A stretch of 64,000 nt of DNA, from contig VFJZ01000035.1 of assembly GCA_009885805.1 (NCBI GenBank), positions 10,107-74,106 of the forward strand. Direction: 5' to 3'. The notes beneath the pieces are model-generated. The model was not told where the DNA came from and made no database searches. It saw only the letters and a list, made by a program, of their open reading frames with translations. This DNA comes from Actinomycetota bacterium. Lineage in GTDB: Bacteria; Actinomycetota; Thermoleophilia; Gaiellales; F1-60-MAGs149. The translations under genes and the position numbers were made by a program. This document shows positions 44,943 to 53,006 of this stretch, in pieces (position 1 is the first letter of the stretch; every line of letters starts with the position of its first letter).

Positions 44943-45436
44943 CCGCCGAAGTCCTGCGTCCAGTACCAGCCGTAGTCCGAGCCCCGCTTGAACGCGGCGC
45001 CGACCCCGATCTGGGTGAAGGCGGGGTTCTCGATGTTCTGCCTGTGGCCAGGCGAGTCGAGCCACGCCCTGACCACGGCACGCGGCGTACGCTGACCGGC
45101 GGCGATGTTCTCTCCCATCGTGCGCCTGGCACGGTAGCCGCAGTCGCGCATCCGCGCGAACGGGGAGCGGCCGGACGGGTCGGCGTGCTCGAAGTAGCGG
45201 TAGCGGGCCATGTGGCGGGACTTCCACCGCGCCGCCCGCCGCAGCGGTGCCGCGACCTTGAGCGCCCGCAGGCCGATCGAGCGGCGATGCGCGTTGACGA
45301 GCGTCACGACCTGCCGCTCGAACGACGGCTTCACGCTCCCCCACGAGGCGGGAGCGCTACAGCTACCGGCCTGTGCCGCCGGCGCCGCCAGGGCGAGGCC
45401 GGCGAGCGCCGCAACGAGAAGAAGCTTCGACCTCAC
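44939..45436 (-). CDS. Secreted CAP/SCP (YkwD-like) domain protein
   Basis: GTG 45436; signal LLLVAALAGLALAAPAAQA; [28 protein letters not shown]; paralog of the downstream gene. Confidence 0.75.
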   Translation of the reverse strand: MRSKLLLVAALAGLALAAPAAQAGSCSAPASWGSVKPSFERQVVTLVNAHRRSIGLRALKVAAPLRRAARWKSRHMARYRYFEHADPSGRSPFARMRDCGYRARRTMGENIAAGQRTPRAVVRAWLDSPGHRQNIENPAFTQIGVGAAFKRGSDYGWYWTQDFGG

Positions 45437-45546
45437 GAGGACCGACGGTAGAGGCGTCGACACGGATCGGCAAATCGAATCTGTCGAAACTTGCCCTCCG
45501 TTCCGGCCGGCCCTTCGAGAGGTTACGGTCGTGGAGAATACGCAGC

Positions 45547-46800
45547 GTGGATAGCGCCGATCCGCTCTCGGCTGCCCGCTGGCTCCGCGCGGCGGGCGAG
45601 GAGGTGACGCTGCTGGGCGGCGAACGAACGCTGCTCGCGATCGGCCCCGACGACACGATCGTGACGGCACCGGGCGCTGGCGGTGGCCTACCGGCGGTCC
45701 CGCCCCGTCTGGTCCACACGGCGCGCGGGCGGGGTCTGTGGGCGGGCGCGATCTCCTACGACGCCGGCCTGACACTGCTCGGACTCACGTCGCGGCACGA
45801 ACCCCAGGTGCCGGCGTTCGCGGCGACGTGGCATGAGGCGTACGCGAGCTACTCCGAAGCGGCCGGCTGGCGCCTACACGGACCGGCCGGGAACATCCGC
45901 CGACGCCTCGACGACGCGATCGCCGCCGGACCATGCCCGCCGGCCGCCAGGCCACCGGCGCCGCGCCGGGTGTGGAGCACGGCGACGCGCGGCGGCCACG
46001 CCGACCTCTGCCGCGAGGCACAGCGACTGATCTCGCTCGGCGAGCTGTTCGAGGTCAACCTCGCCCACGTGCTGGAGACGCCGTGGACCGAGGGCGGGTT
46101 CGCGCTCTACGAACGGCTCGTGGCGGGTGGGACGGACGCACAGTCCGCCTACCTCCGCGCCGGCGACGTCGAGATCGCTTCGAACTCGCCCGAGTTGTTC
46201 CTGCGCATCGTCGGCGACCGCTGCGAGACGCGCCCGATCAAGGGCACGCGACGGCGCGGCCAGACACCGGTCGAGGACGCTGCGCTCGAAGCGGAACTGC
46301 GCGCCTCGGAGAAGGACCGGGCCGAGAACGTGATGATCGTCGACCTGCTCCGCAACGACCTGGTGCCGACCGCGGTCCGCGGGTCCGTTGCCGTCGAGGC
46401 GCTGTGCGAGGTCGAGCGGACGGCGAGCGTGATGCACCTCGTATCGAGCGTCGTGTCGACGATCCGCCCGGACGTGCGGCTCCCCGACGTCCTCGTCTCG
46501 TGCTTTCCCGGCGGCTCCGTGACGGGTGCCCCGAAGCGCCGGGCGCTGGAGATCATCGACCGCCTGGAGGGCTCCGCACGCGGCAGCTACTGCGGCAGCG
46601 TCTTCTCCTACGAGCCCGCCGAACGGCGACTCGAGGCCAGCATCGCGATCCGCACCGCGACCGTCGCCGGCGGGCTCGCGCGGTACGGCGCCGGCGGCGC
46701 GGTAACGCTGCTGAGCGACGCCGACGAGGAGGCGCAGGAGACGATCGTCAAGGCACAGCCGTTCCTCACGGCCGTGAACGGGACGGTCGAGGGCTGGTGA
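45547..46800 (+). CDS. pabB: Aminodeoxychorismate synthase component I (chorismate-binding enzyme)
   Basis: GTG 45547; SNSPELFLR, RPIKGTRRRG, EKDRAENVMIVDLLRND, FPGGSVTGAPK. Confidence 0.8.
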   Translation: MDSADPLSAARWLRAAGEEVTLLGGERTLLAIGPDDTIVTAPGAGGGLPAVPPRLVHTARGRGLWAGAISYDAGLTLLGLTSRHEPQVPAFAATWHEAYASYSEAAGWRLHGPAGNIRRRLDDAIAAGPCPPAARPPAPRRVWSTATRGGHADLCREAQRLISLGELFEVNLAHVLETPWTEGGFALYERLVAGGTDAQSAYLRAGDVEIASNSPELFLRIVGDRCETRPIKGTRRRGQTPVEDAALEAELRASEKDRAENVMIVDLLRNDLVPTAVRGSVAVEALCEVERTASVMHLVSSVVSTIRPDVRLPDVLVSCFPGGSVTGAPKRRALEIIDRLEGSARGSYCGSVFSYEPAERRLEASIAIRTATVAGGLARYGAGGAVTLLSDADEEAQETIVKAQPFLTAVNGTVEGW

Positions 46801-47414
46801 GCGGCCTCTTCGAGACGGTCCTCGTCGAGGCCGGGCGCGTCCGCCTGCTCGCGCGGCACCTCGCCAGGCTGCGCGCGGGCGGCGTCGCCGACGAGGCGAT
46901 CGCCGAGGTTGCAGCGATCCTGCACGCGCGCTGCGCCTCGGGGGAGGCGCCCACCGTCTACCGGCTCGACGTGGCCGACGCCGGCGTGACGGCGACCGGG
47001 CGGGCGCCGCGGCCGCCGTCGCGCACGTCGCTCCGCAGCGTCGTCGCCTACGACCCCGCGGATCGCTCGCGGGAGCAGAAGCGGTGCGACCGGGCCTGGG
47101 CCGACGCGGCCGAGGCGGAGGCCGGCGGCGAGGCGTTGCTCGTCTCCGCGGACGGGTTCGTCGGCGAGACGACGCGGGCGAACGTCTTCGCGATCCTCGG
47201 CCGCACCGTCGTGACACCACGCGTGGCGGGCATCCTGCCGGGCGTGACGCGAGGCTGGGCGATCGAGACGGCCGGCGCGGTCGAGCGGCCGCTGACGGTC
47301 GCCGAGTTGCGACGAGCCGACGGCGTCTTCCTGACGACCGCGGCGCGGGGTGTCGTGCCGGTGCGGCCGCACCACCGGATCGATGCGCTCGCGGCGGCCT
47401 GGCGGGCGCTGTGA
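46797..47414 (+). CDS. pabC: Aminodeoxychorismate lyase-like (aminotransferase class IV fold), short
   Basis: GTG 46797 overlaps the pabB stop; ETTRANVFAILGRTVVTPRVAGILPGVTR ... ADGVFLTTAARGVVPV. Confidence 0.65.
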   Translation: MSGLFETVLVEAGRVRLLARHLARLRAGGVADEAIAEVAAILHARCASGEAPTVYRLDVADAGVTATGRAPRPPSRTSLRSVVAYDPADRSREQKRCDRAWADAAEAEAGGEALLVSADGFVGETTRANVFAILGRTVVTPRVAGILPGVTRGWAIETAGAVERPLTVAELRRADGVFLTTAARGVVPVRPHHRIDALAAAWRAL

Positions 47415-48013
47415 TCGTGATCCTCGACAACCGCGACTCGTTCGTGCTGAACGTCCAGCACCGCCTGTGGGAGGTCGGCGCCGACAGCGTCGTCGTCGGT
47501 TCCCACACCACCCGCCTCGACGAGATCGCAGCGCTGCGCCCCTCCGGCCTGATCGTGTCGCCGGGCCCGCAGGGGCCGGACGAGGCCGGGATCTCGACCG
47601 CCGCGATCCGCGTCTTCGGCGCACACATCCCCGTGCTCGGGATCTGTCTCGGCCACCAGTGCATCGCCGTCGCGCACGGCGTCAGGGTCGCGCCGAACGC
47701 GAACGCCTGCCACGGTCGCGCCTCGCCGATCGAGCACGACGGCGGAGGCCTCCTCGCGGGCCTGCCGTCACCGTTTGAGGCCGGACGCTACCACGCGCTC
47801 GCCGCGGACGAACCGGCCGCCGACTCGCCGCTCGAGGTGTCGGCGCGCCTCGCGGACGGCTCCGGCCTCGTGATGGGCCTGCGCCACCGCACGCTGCCGA
47901 TCGAGGGTGTGCAGTTCCACCCGGAGAGCATCCTGACGCCGCTCGGGTACGAGATCCTGCGGAACTTCGTGGGACAAAGGGGTCTGGCCCCTTTGTCCCT
48001 AACGCCGCAGTAG
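47411..48013 (+). CDS. pabA: Glutamine amidotransferase component II (PabA/TrpG)
   Basis: GTG 47411 overlaps the pabC stop; SPGPQGP, GICLGHQ catalytic Cys, VQFHPES; the last 13 codons lie in the REP hairpin. Confidence 0.85.
   Translation: MIVILDNRDSFVLNVQHRLWEVGADSVVVGSHTTRLDEIAALRPSGLIVSPGPQGPDEAGISTAAIRVFGAHIPVLGICLGHQCIAVAHGVRVAPNANACHGRASPIEHDGGGLLAGLPSPFEAGRYHALAADEPAADSPLEVSARLADGSGLVMGLRHRTLPIEGVQFHPESILTPLGYEILRNFVGQRGLAPLSLTPQ
47971..47999. repeat. REP-like 29-nt palindromic hairpin inside the 3' end of pabA
   Basis: gggacaaaggggtctggcccctttgtccc differs from 27064..27092 at one loop-proximal base. Confidence 0.6.
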
Positions 48014-48031
48014 CCGATCGTCCAGATCCTC

Positions 48032-48440
48032 CTAGTCACGCGCGCGCCGAACGGCGGGGCGTGCGCCGACGCGGTCGTAGTGGGCGCGCAGGTTCGGCCC
48101 GCCGACCTCGAGGTCGTCGAAGTAGTTCGCCCACGCCGTCAGCACGTAGACGCGCCGATCGTTTCGAGACGGGAACGATGCTTCGCGCGAATGCCATCGT
48201 GCGCACCCTCCTCGGTCGTGAGGTGGTGCGGCACGAACAGTCCCTCGTAGACCGGGTGGAACGTGGTCGAGCACCACACCAGCCAGCGGTAGTACAGGCC
48301 TCGGAGCGGATCGGACTAGCCGGGGCCAGGCCTGCGTCCGGATGGATATCGCCAATGTAGAGCTGGACGGCGGCGGCCTCCTCGAGGGCGGCGTGGGTGA
48401 CGAAGGACGTTGAACCAGGGTTATCGAAGAGCTCGAGCAC
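48032..48440 (-). pseudogene. Decayed glutathione S-transferase (beta-class-like) gene
   Basis: The N-terminal, middle and C-terminal GST-like peptides lie in three different frames and total only about 136 codons. Confidence 0.6.
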
Positions 48441-48443
48441 TGC

Positions 48444-49478
48444 CTACAGGATGACGACGGACTCGACGTCGTCGCGCAGACGCAGCCGTACGACTGCGTC
48501 GACGACGAGGTCGGCCGCGTCGGCGCTCATCAGGTCGGCGATGACGTCGCCCTCGCGCTCGTCGCGCAGCCGCACACGGGTGATCGGGCCGAGGAACGAG
48601 GCATCCAACACGCGAGCCTGGCCGGCCGGGTCGCGATCGAGCGCGATCTGCTCGGGTCGCACCGCCGCCTTCCCGCCACCCGTCGACGAGGCCGCGACGA
48701 TGCCGGGCAGCGTGCGGCCGAGAACCGTGTAGCGGCCGTCGCCGGCAGCGGTGGCGCCGACGCGGTTGACCGAACCCACGAACCCGGTCACGAACGGCGT
48801 GCGCGGCGCCGTGTAGAGGATCCGCGGCGGATCGAGCTGCTCGAGCAAGCCGTTCGACATCACGCCCACACGGTCGGCGACGGCGAGTGCCTCGTGCTGG
48901 TCGTGCGTGACGAACACCGTCGTCACGCCGAACTCGCGCTGCACGCGCCGGATCTCGTCGCGGAGCGACTCGCGCACCTTCGCGTCGAGCGCCGATAGCG
49001 GCTCGTCGAGCAGCAGCAGCCGCGGCTGCGTCGCGAGCGCTCGCGCGAGGGCGACGCGCTGCTTCTGGCCGCCCGACAGCTGGTGGGGGAACTTGTCCGC
49101 GTGCTCCGTCAACGCGGTCACGGTGAGCAGCCGTTCCAGCGTCGACCTGCGTTCGGCCGGCGCGACCTTCTGCACCTTCAACCCGAACTCGATGTTGGCG
49201 CGCGCCGTCATGTTCGGGAACAGCGAGTACTCCTGGAAGACCATCCCGAAGCCCCGCCGCTCGGTCGGGACCAGCGTGATGTCGCTACCGCCGACGTGGA
49301 CCTGCCCGGCGTCGGGCCGCTCGAAGCCGGCCAGGACGCGCAGGGCGGTCGTCTTCCCACAGCCCGACGGGCCGAGCAGGCAGACGAGCTCCCCCGACTC
49401 GATCTCGAGGTCGAGCCGCTCCAGCGCGACCGTCGACCCGAAGGTCTTGCGCACGCCGGTCATGGTCACGGAAGCCAT
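48444..49478 (-). CDS. ABC importer ATP-binding protein (PotA/UgpC/FbpC-like) with C-terminal regulatory domain
   Basis: ATG 49478 with RBS ggaggag; GPSGCGKTT, LSGGQKQRVALARAL, LLLDEPLSALD. Confidence 0.9.
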   Translation of the reverse strand: MASVTMTGVRKTFGSTVALERLDLEIESGELVCLLGPSGCGKTTALRVLAGFERPDAGQVHVGGSDITLVPTERRGFGMVFQEYSLFPNMTARANIEFGLKVQKVAPAERRSTLERLLTVTALTEHADKFPHQLSGGQKQRVALARALATQPRLLLLDEPLSALDAKVRESLRDEIRRVQREFGVTTVFVTHDQHEALAVADRVGVMSNGLLEQLDPPRILYTAPRTPFVTGFVGSVNRVGATAAGDGRYTVLGRTLPGIVAASSTGGGKAAVRPEQIALDRDPAGQARVLDASFLGPITRVRLRDEREGDVIADLMSADAADLVVDAVVRLRLRDDVESVVIL

Positions 49479-49489
49479 TGCAACTCCTC

Positions 49490-50305
49490 CTACACGGCCC
49501 CGGCGGCGGCGCTCACATCGAGGCCTCGGCGCCGCATGATCCGGACGACGATCCACAGCATCAGCGCCGTCAGCAGCATGACGGCGAGCGCCAGCGCCAT
49601 CCCGGCACGCGGCTCACCGCCCTGGTAGACCTCGAGGTACGTCGGCAGCGTGTTCTTCAGCAGCAGCGACGCGAACGCATACTCGCCGAGCACGAGCGCA
49701 CCGGTCAGCACCGAGGCGGCGATCAGCGAGGCGCCGAGGTTCGGCATCAGCACCCGCCAGAGGATCGTCCGCGACGACGCGCCGAGGCTGCGGCCCGCCT
49801 CGTAGAGCGTCTTGGCGTTGATCGAACGGAGACCGGCGTCGAGCGCGCGGTACGTGAACGGCATCGCCCAGAGGGCGTAGAACGGCACCAGGCTGTACGG
49901 GCTGGCGAGGAACCAGGGAGCGATCGAGCGGAACGTCGCGGCGACGCCGACGACGAGTGCGATCGGCGGGATCACCCACGGCAGGAGGGTGATCGTCGTC
50001 AGCAGCCCCTTCAGATGCTGGGCGCGCAGTTCGATCGCGATCGCGAGTGGCAGCAACAGCGACAGGTTGAGGATACCGGCGAAGACCGCCAGCAGCAGGC
50101 TCGTCTTCGCGGCCTCGTGAAACGCCGGCTCGCCGAGCGCATCGACCAGCCCGCTGACCGACCAGCCCTCGAAGATCCGGTCGGGCGTCAGCAGCGCAAC
50201 CGGCACGACCTGGAAGGCGAACCGCGCCATCGCCAGCATCGGCACGGCGAAGTAGAGGGTGACGGTCACGATCAGCACCCAGCGCAGGACGTCCCCGCGC
50301 TTCAT
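49490..50305 (-). CDS. ABC importer permease (PotC-like)
   Basis: ATG 50305; 6 TM helices; EAA-loop YEAGRSLGASSRTILWRVLMPN. Confidence 0.85.
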   Translation of the reverse strand: MKRGDVLRWVLIVTVTLYFAVPMLAMARFAFQVVPVALLTPDRIFEGWSVSGLVDALGEPAFHEAAKTSLLLAVFAGILNLSLLLPLAIAIELRAQHLKGLLTTITLLPWVIPPIALVVGVAATFRSIAPWFLASPYSLVPFYALWAMPFTYRALDAGLRSINAKTLYEAGRSLGASSRTILWRVLMPNLGASLIAASVLTGALVLGEYAFASLLLKNTLPTYLEVYQGGEPRAGMALALAVMLLTALMLWIVVRIMRRRGLDVSAAAGAV

Positions 50306-51138
50306 CCCCGGCTCCACAGCGCGGCCCGCCGGTTGAACAGGCTCATGATGACCACCGTCGCGAGCAGCAGGACGATCGTCCAGGTGACGAGCGCGTAGGC
50401 GAGATCCTCCTCGCCGGTGATGACGTTGCCCTGCAGCAGGAACCTGATCTGCAGCGGCACGATCTGGGTCGACGGGCTGAGGACGTAGGCCGTGGCATAG
50501 GCCGAGAAGGCGTTGACGAACAGCAGCAGCACCCCGCCGATGAACGACGGCAGCAGGATCGGCAGGCCGATCGAGCGCCAGTACCTGACGGGTCCGGCGC
50601 CGAGGATCCGCGACGCCTCGCGCCACGTCTGCCGCAGTCCGGCAACCGCGGGCATCACGACGAGGAACATCAGCGGGATCTGGAAGTAGAGGTAGACGGT
50701 GACGAGCCCCCAGAAGCCCGACACACCGAGGCCGTGGTCGATCGGGTTGAAGCCGATCTCGGTCAGCAGCTTCGTGGCGATGCCCTGGGTGCCGATCGCG
50801 GCGACGAACGCGAACGCGAGCGGGACGCCGCCGAGTTGGGAGGCGACGGCCGACCAGGCCTCGAGCGCCGGCCGCAACCAGCGGGGACGCTCGAGGCCGT
50901 AGATCGCCAGCGCCAGCAGCAGCCCGACCAGCGCGCCGATCACGGCGCTGGCCAGGGAGAGCTGCACGGAGTTGATGAAGGACGACCGGTAGGTCGTCGA
51001 GATGGCCCGCTCGAGGGCCGCCGTTCCCAGCGCTCCATCCGGCGTCGCCGATCGCCAGACGACGACGGCGGTCGGATAGACCAGGAACAGGCCGATGAAG
51101 GCCAGGAACGGCAGACCTGCGAGCGGGCCGGAGCGCAT
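50302..51138 (-). CDS. ABC importer permease (PotB-like)
   Basis: ATG 51138; REASRILGAGPVRYWRSIGLPIL EAA loop; overlaps the downstream gene by 4 nt. Confidence 0.85.
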   Translation of the reverse strand: MRSGPLAGLPFLAFIGLFLVYPTAVVVWRSATPDGALGTAALERAISTTYRSSFINSVQLSLASAVIGALVGLLLALAIYGLERPRWLRPALEAWSAVASQLGGVPLAFAFVAAIGTQGIATKLLTEIGFNPIDHGLGVSGFWGLVTVYLYFQIPLMFLVVMPAVAGLRQTWREASRILGAGPVRYWRSIGLPILLPSFIGGVLLLFVNAFSAYATAYVLSPSTQIVPLQIRFLLQGNVITGEEDLAYALVTWTIVLLLATVVIMSLFNRRAALWSRG

Positions 51139-51145
51139 CAGTCGG

Positions 51146-52297
51146 TCAGGCGTCCGCCACCAGCGGACCCCACTGCTCGGCGATGACCGTCTTGGCAGCG
51201 TCGATCTGCGCCTGCGACGGGAACGCAACCTGCGCGATCACGTCGGCCGACGGGAGGTTCTTCTTCAGCTCCTCCGTGATCTTGCCGGACGCCTCGAGGG
51301 CGGCGTAGCGGGCCGGGATGGCCCCGCCTTCGAGGTAGCCGAGCGCCCCGTCGTCACCGACGAGGTGCTCGAGCCAGAGGCGCGCCGCGCAGGGATGGTC
51401 GATCTCGGAGACGATCGCCTGGGCGTAGTAGCCGCCGTAGACGCCGTCCGCCGGGACGGTGATCTGCAGGCCGAACCCGGCCTCCTCGAGACCTGCCTGC
51501 AGGCCCGGGAAGTTGTAGGTCCAGTCGAGTGCGATCGGCACCTCGCCGGAGAGCACGGCCGCCTCGGTGACGTCGATCACCTGGAGGTTGCCGGCCTTCT
51601 TCAGGTCGCCGAAGTACTGGACGCCGGGCAGGATGTCATCGAACGATCCGCCGTTCGCGATCGACGCCGCCATCACCGCGGCGAACGCTGCGCCCGCCTC
51701 GCGCGGGTCGCCGTTGATCGTCACCTGACCCTTGTACTCGGGCTTCTTGAGATCGGCCCACGTCGCCGGCGGGTTCTTCACGAGGGTCGTGTTGGACGCG
51801 ATCGAGATGACGCCGTAGTACGCGCCGACCCAGTTGCCGTCGGGATCCTTGAGGTTGTCCGGGATCTCGTCCCAGACCGTCGGCTTGTAGGGGGTGACGA
51901 GCCCCTCGTCGATCAGCTGCGAGGTGAAGGACGGACCGACGTCAACGGCCTCCGGCATGTCCGGCTGGCCGCGCAGCGTCTGGATCGCCGTCAGCTCGTC
52001 GGCGGACGACGCGTCGGGGTTCGCGACGGGCGCCTCGATGCCGTACTTCGTTCGGAACGACTCCAGGATGCCCTTGTAGTTCGCCCAGGTGTCGGGCAGT
52101 GCGATCAGATTGACCTTGCCCTCGGCCTTGGCCGCGGCCGCAATCTCGTCGACGGTCGTGCCGCAGGCATCGCCGGCGGCGGGCGCCGCGGCGCTGGTGA
52201 CGGGCGCGGCGGTGGTTTCGGTTGCGTCGTCGCCGCCGCAGGCCGCGACGGTCAGTGCGATCGCAAGCACGGCAAGCCAGATACCGGTTCGTCTCAT
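51146..52297 (-). CDS. ABC importer substrate-binding lipoprotein (family 1, PotD-like)
   Basis: Lipobox LTVAACG; KVNLIALPDTWANY...GAYYGVISIASN. Confidence 0.85.
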   Translation of the reverse strand: MRRTGIWLAVLAIALTVAACGGDDATETTAAPVTSAAAPAAGDACGTTVDEIAAAAKAEGKVNLIALPDTWANYKGILESFRTKYGIEAPVANPDASSADELTAIQTLRGQPDMPEAVDVGPSFTSQLIDEGLVTPYKPTVWDEIPDNLKDPDGNWVGAYYGVISIASNTTLVKNPPATWADLKKPEYKGQVTINGDPREAGAAFAAVMAASIANGGSFDDILPGVQYFGDLKKAGNLQVIDVTEAAVLSGEVPIALDWTYNFPGLQAGLEEAGFGLQITVPADGVYGGYYAQAIVSEIDHPCAARLWLEHLVGDDGALGYLEGGAIPARYAALEASGKITEELKKNLPSADVIAQVAFPSQAQIDAAKTVIAEQWGPLVADA

Positions 52298-52367
52298 CTG
52301 AGGTCCTCCTCCTCGTTAGCGAGGCGACCATACACGTTCCACGCGTGACCCGGTGGGTCGCTCGCGG

Positions 52368-53006
52368 TTACGAACCGGAGACGATCGCGCGGGCGAGCGC
52401 CGGGACATCCGTCGTGATCATGAAGACGTCGCGATCGCGGGCGAGCGCCGCGATGGCGGCGGGGTCGTTCACGGTCCAGACGGACAGCGGTCGCCCGAGA
52501 CGACGAGCGGCCTCGCGCATGGAGCCATCGAGCAGCGCCTCCTCAGGGCAGAGGAAGTTCGCGCCGCACGCGCGAGCGGCGCGCGCTGGGTTGATCGGTC
52601 CGGGCTCCTCGATCAGGAGCCCGACGTCGAGACGCTCGTCAAGCCCGCGGCAGGTCGCGAGGACGTCCGGCAGGAACGAGGTGACCACGAGACGGAGACG
52701 GTCGGCGGGCTCGAGCAACGCCAGCAGGTCGGCCTCGACGCCGGGCTCCTTGAGCTCGAGGTCGAGACCGATGCGGCCACGGGCGAGCGCCAACAGGTCG
52801 GCGACCGGCACGTGGACGGCGCCGGGCGCGACCGGGTCGTGGGCGCAGACGAGGCCGCCGCCGGGTGCGCGGCGGACGTCCGTCTCGATCAGGTCCGCAC
52901 CCGCCGCGATCGCGGCCTCGAACGCCGCCATCGAGTTGTCCGGATGGTCGGCACTCGCGCCCCGGTGGGCGCAGATCAGCGTCCGGGGACGGTCTCGGTC
53001 AGCCAA
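52368..53006 (-). CDS. Glycerophosphodiester phosphodiesterase family protein
   Basis: ICAHRGASADHPDNSMAAFEAAIAAGADLIETDVR; start overlaps the stop of the FN3 protein gene by 8 nt. Confidence 0.8.
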   Translation of the reverse strand: MADRDRPRTLICAHRGASADHPDNSMAAFEAAIAAGADLIETDVRRAPGGGLVCAHDPVAPGAVHVPVADLLALARGRIGLDLELKEPGVEADLLALLEPADRLRLVVTSFLPDVLATCRGLDERLDVGLLIEEPGPINPARAARACGANFLCPEEALLDGSMREAARRLGRPLSVWTVNDPAAIAALARDRDVFMITTDVPALARAIVSGS

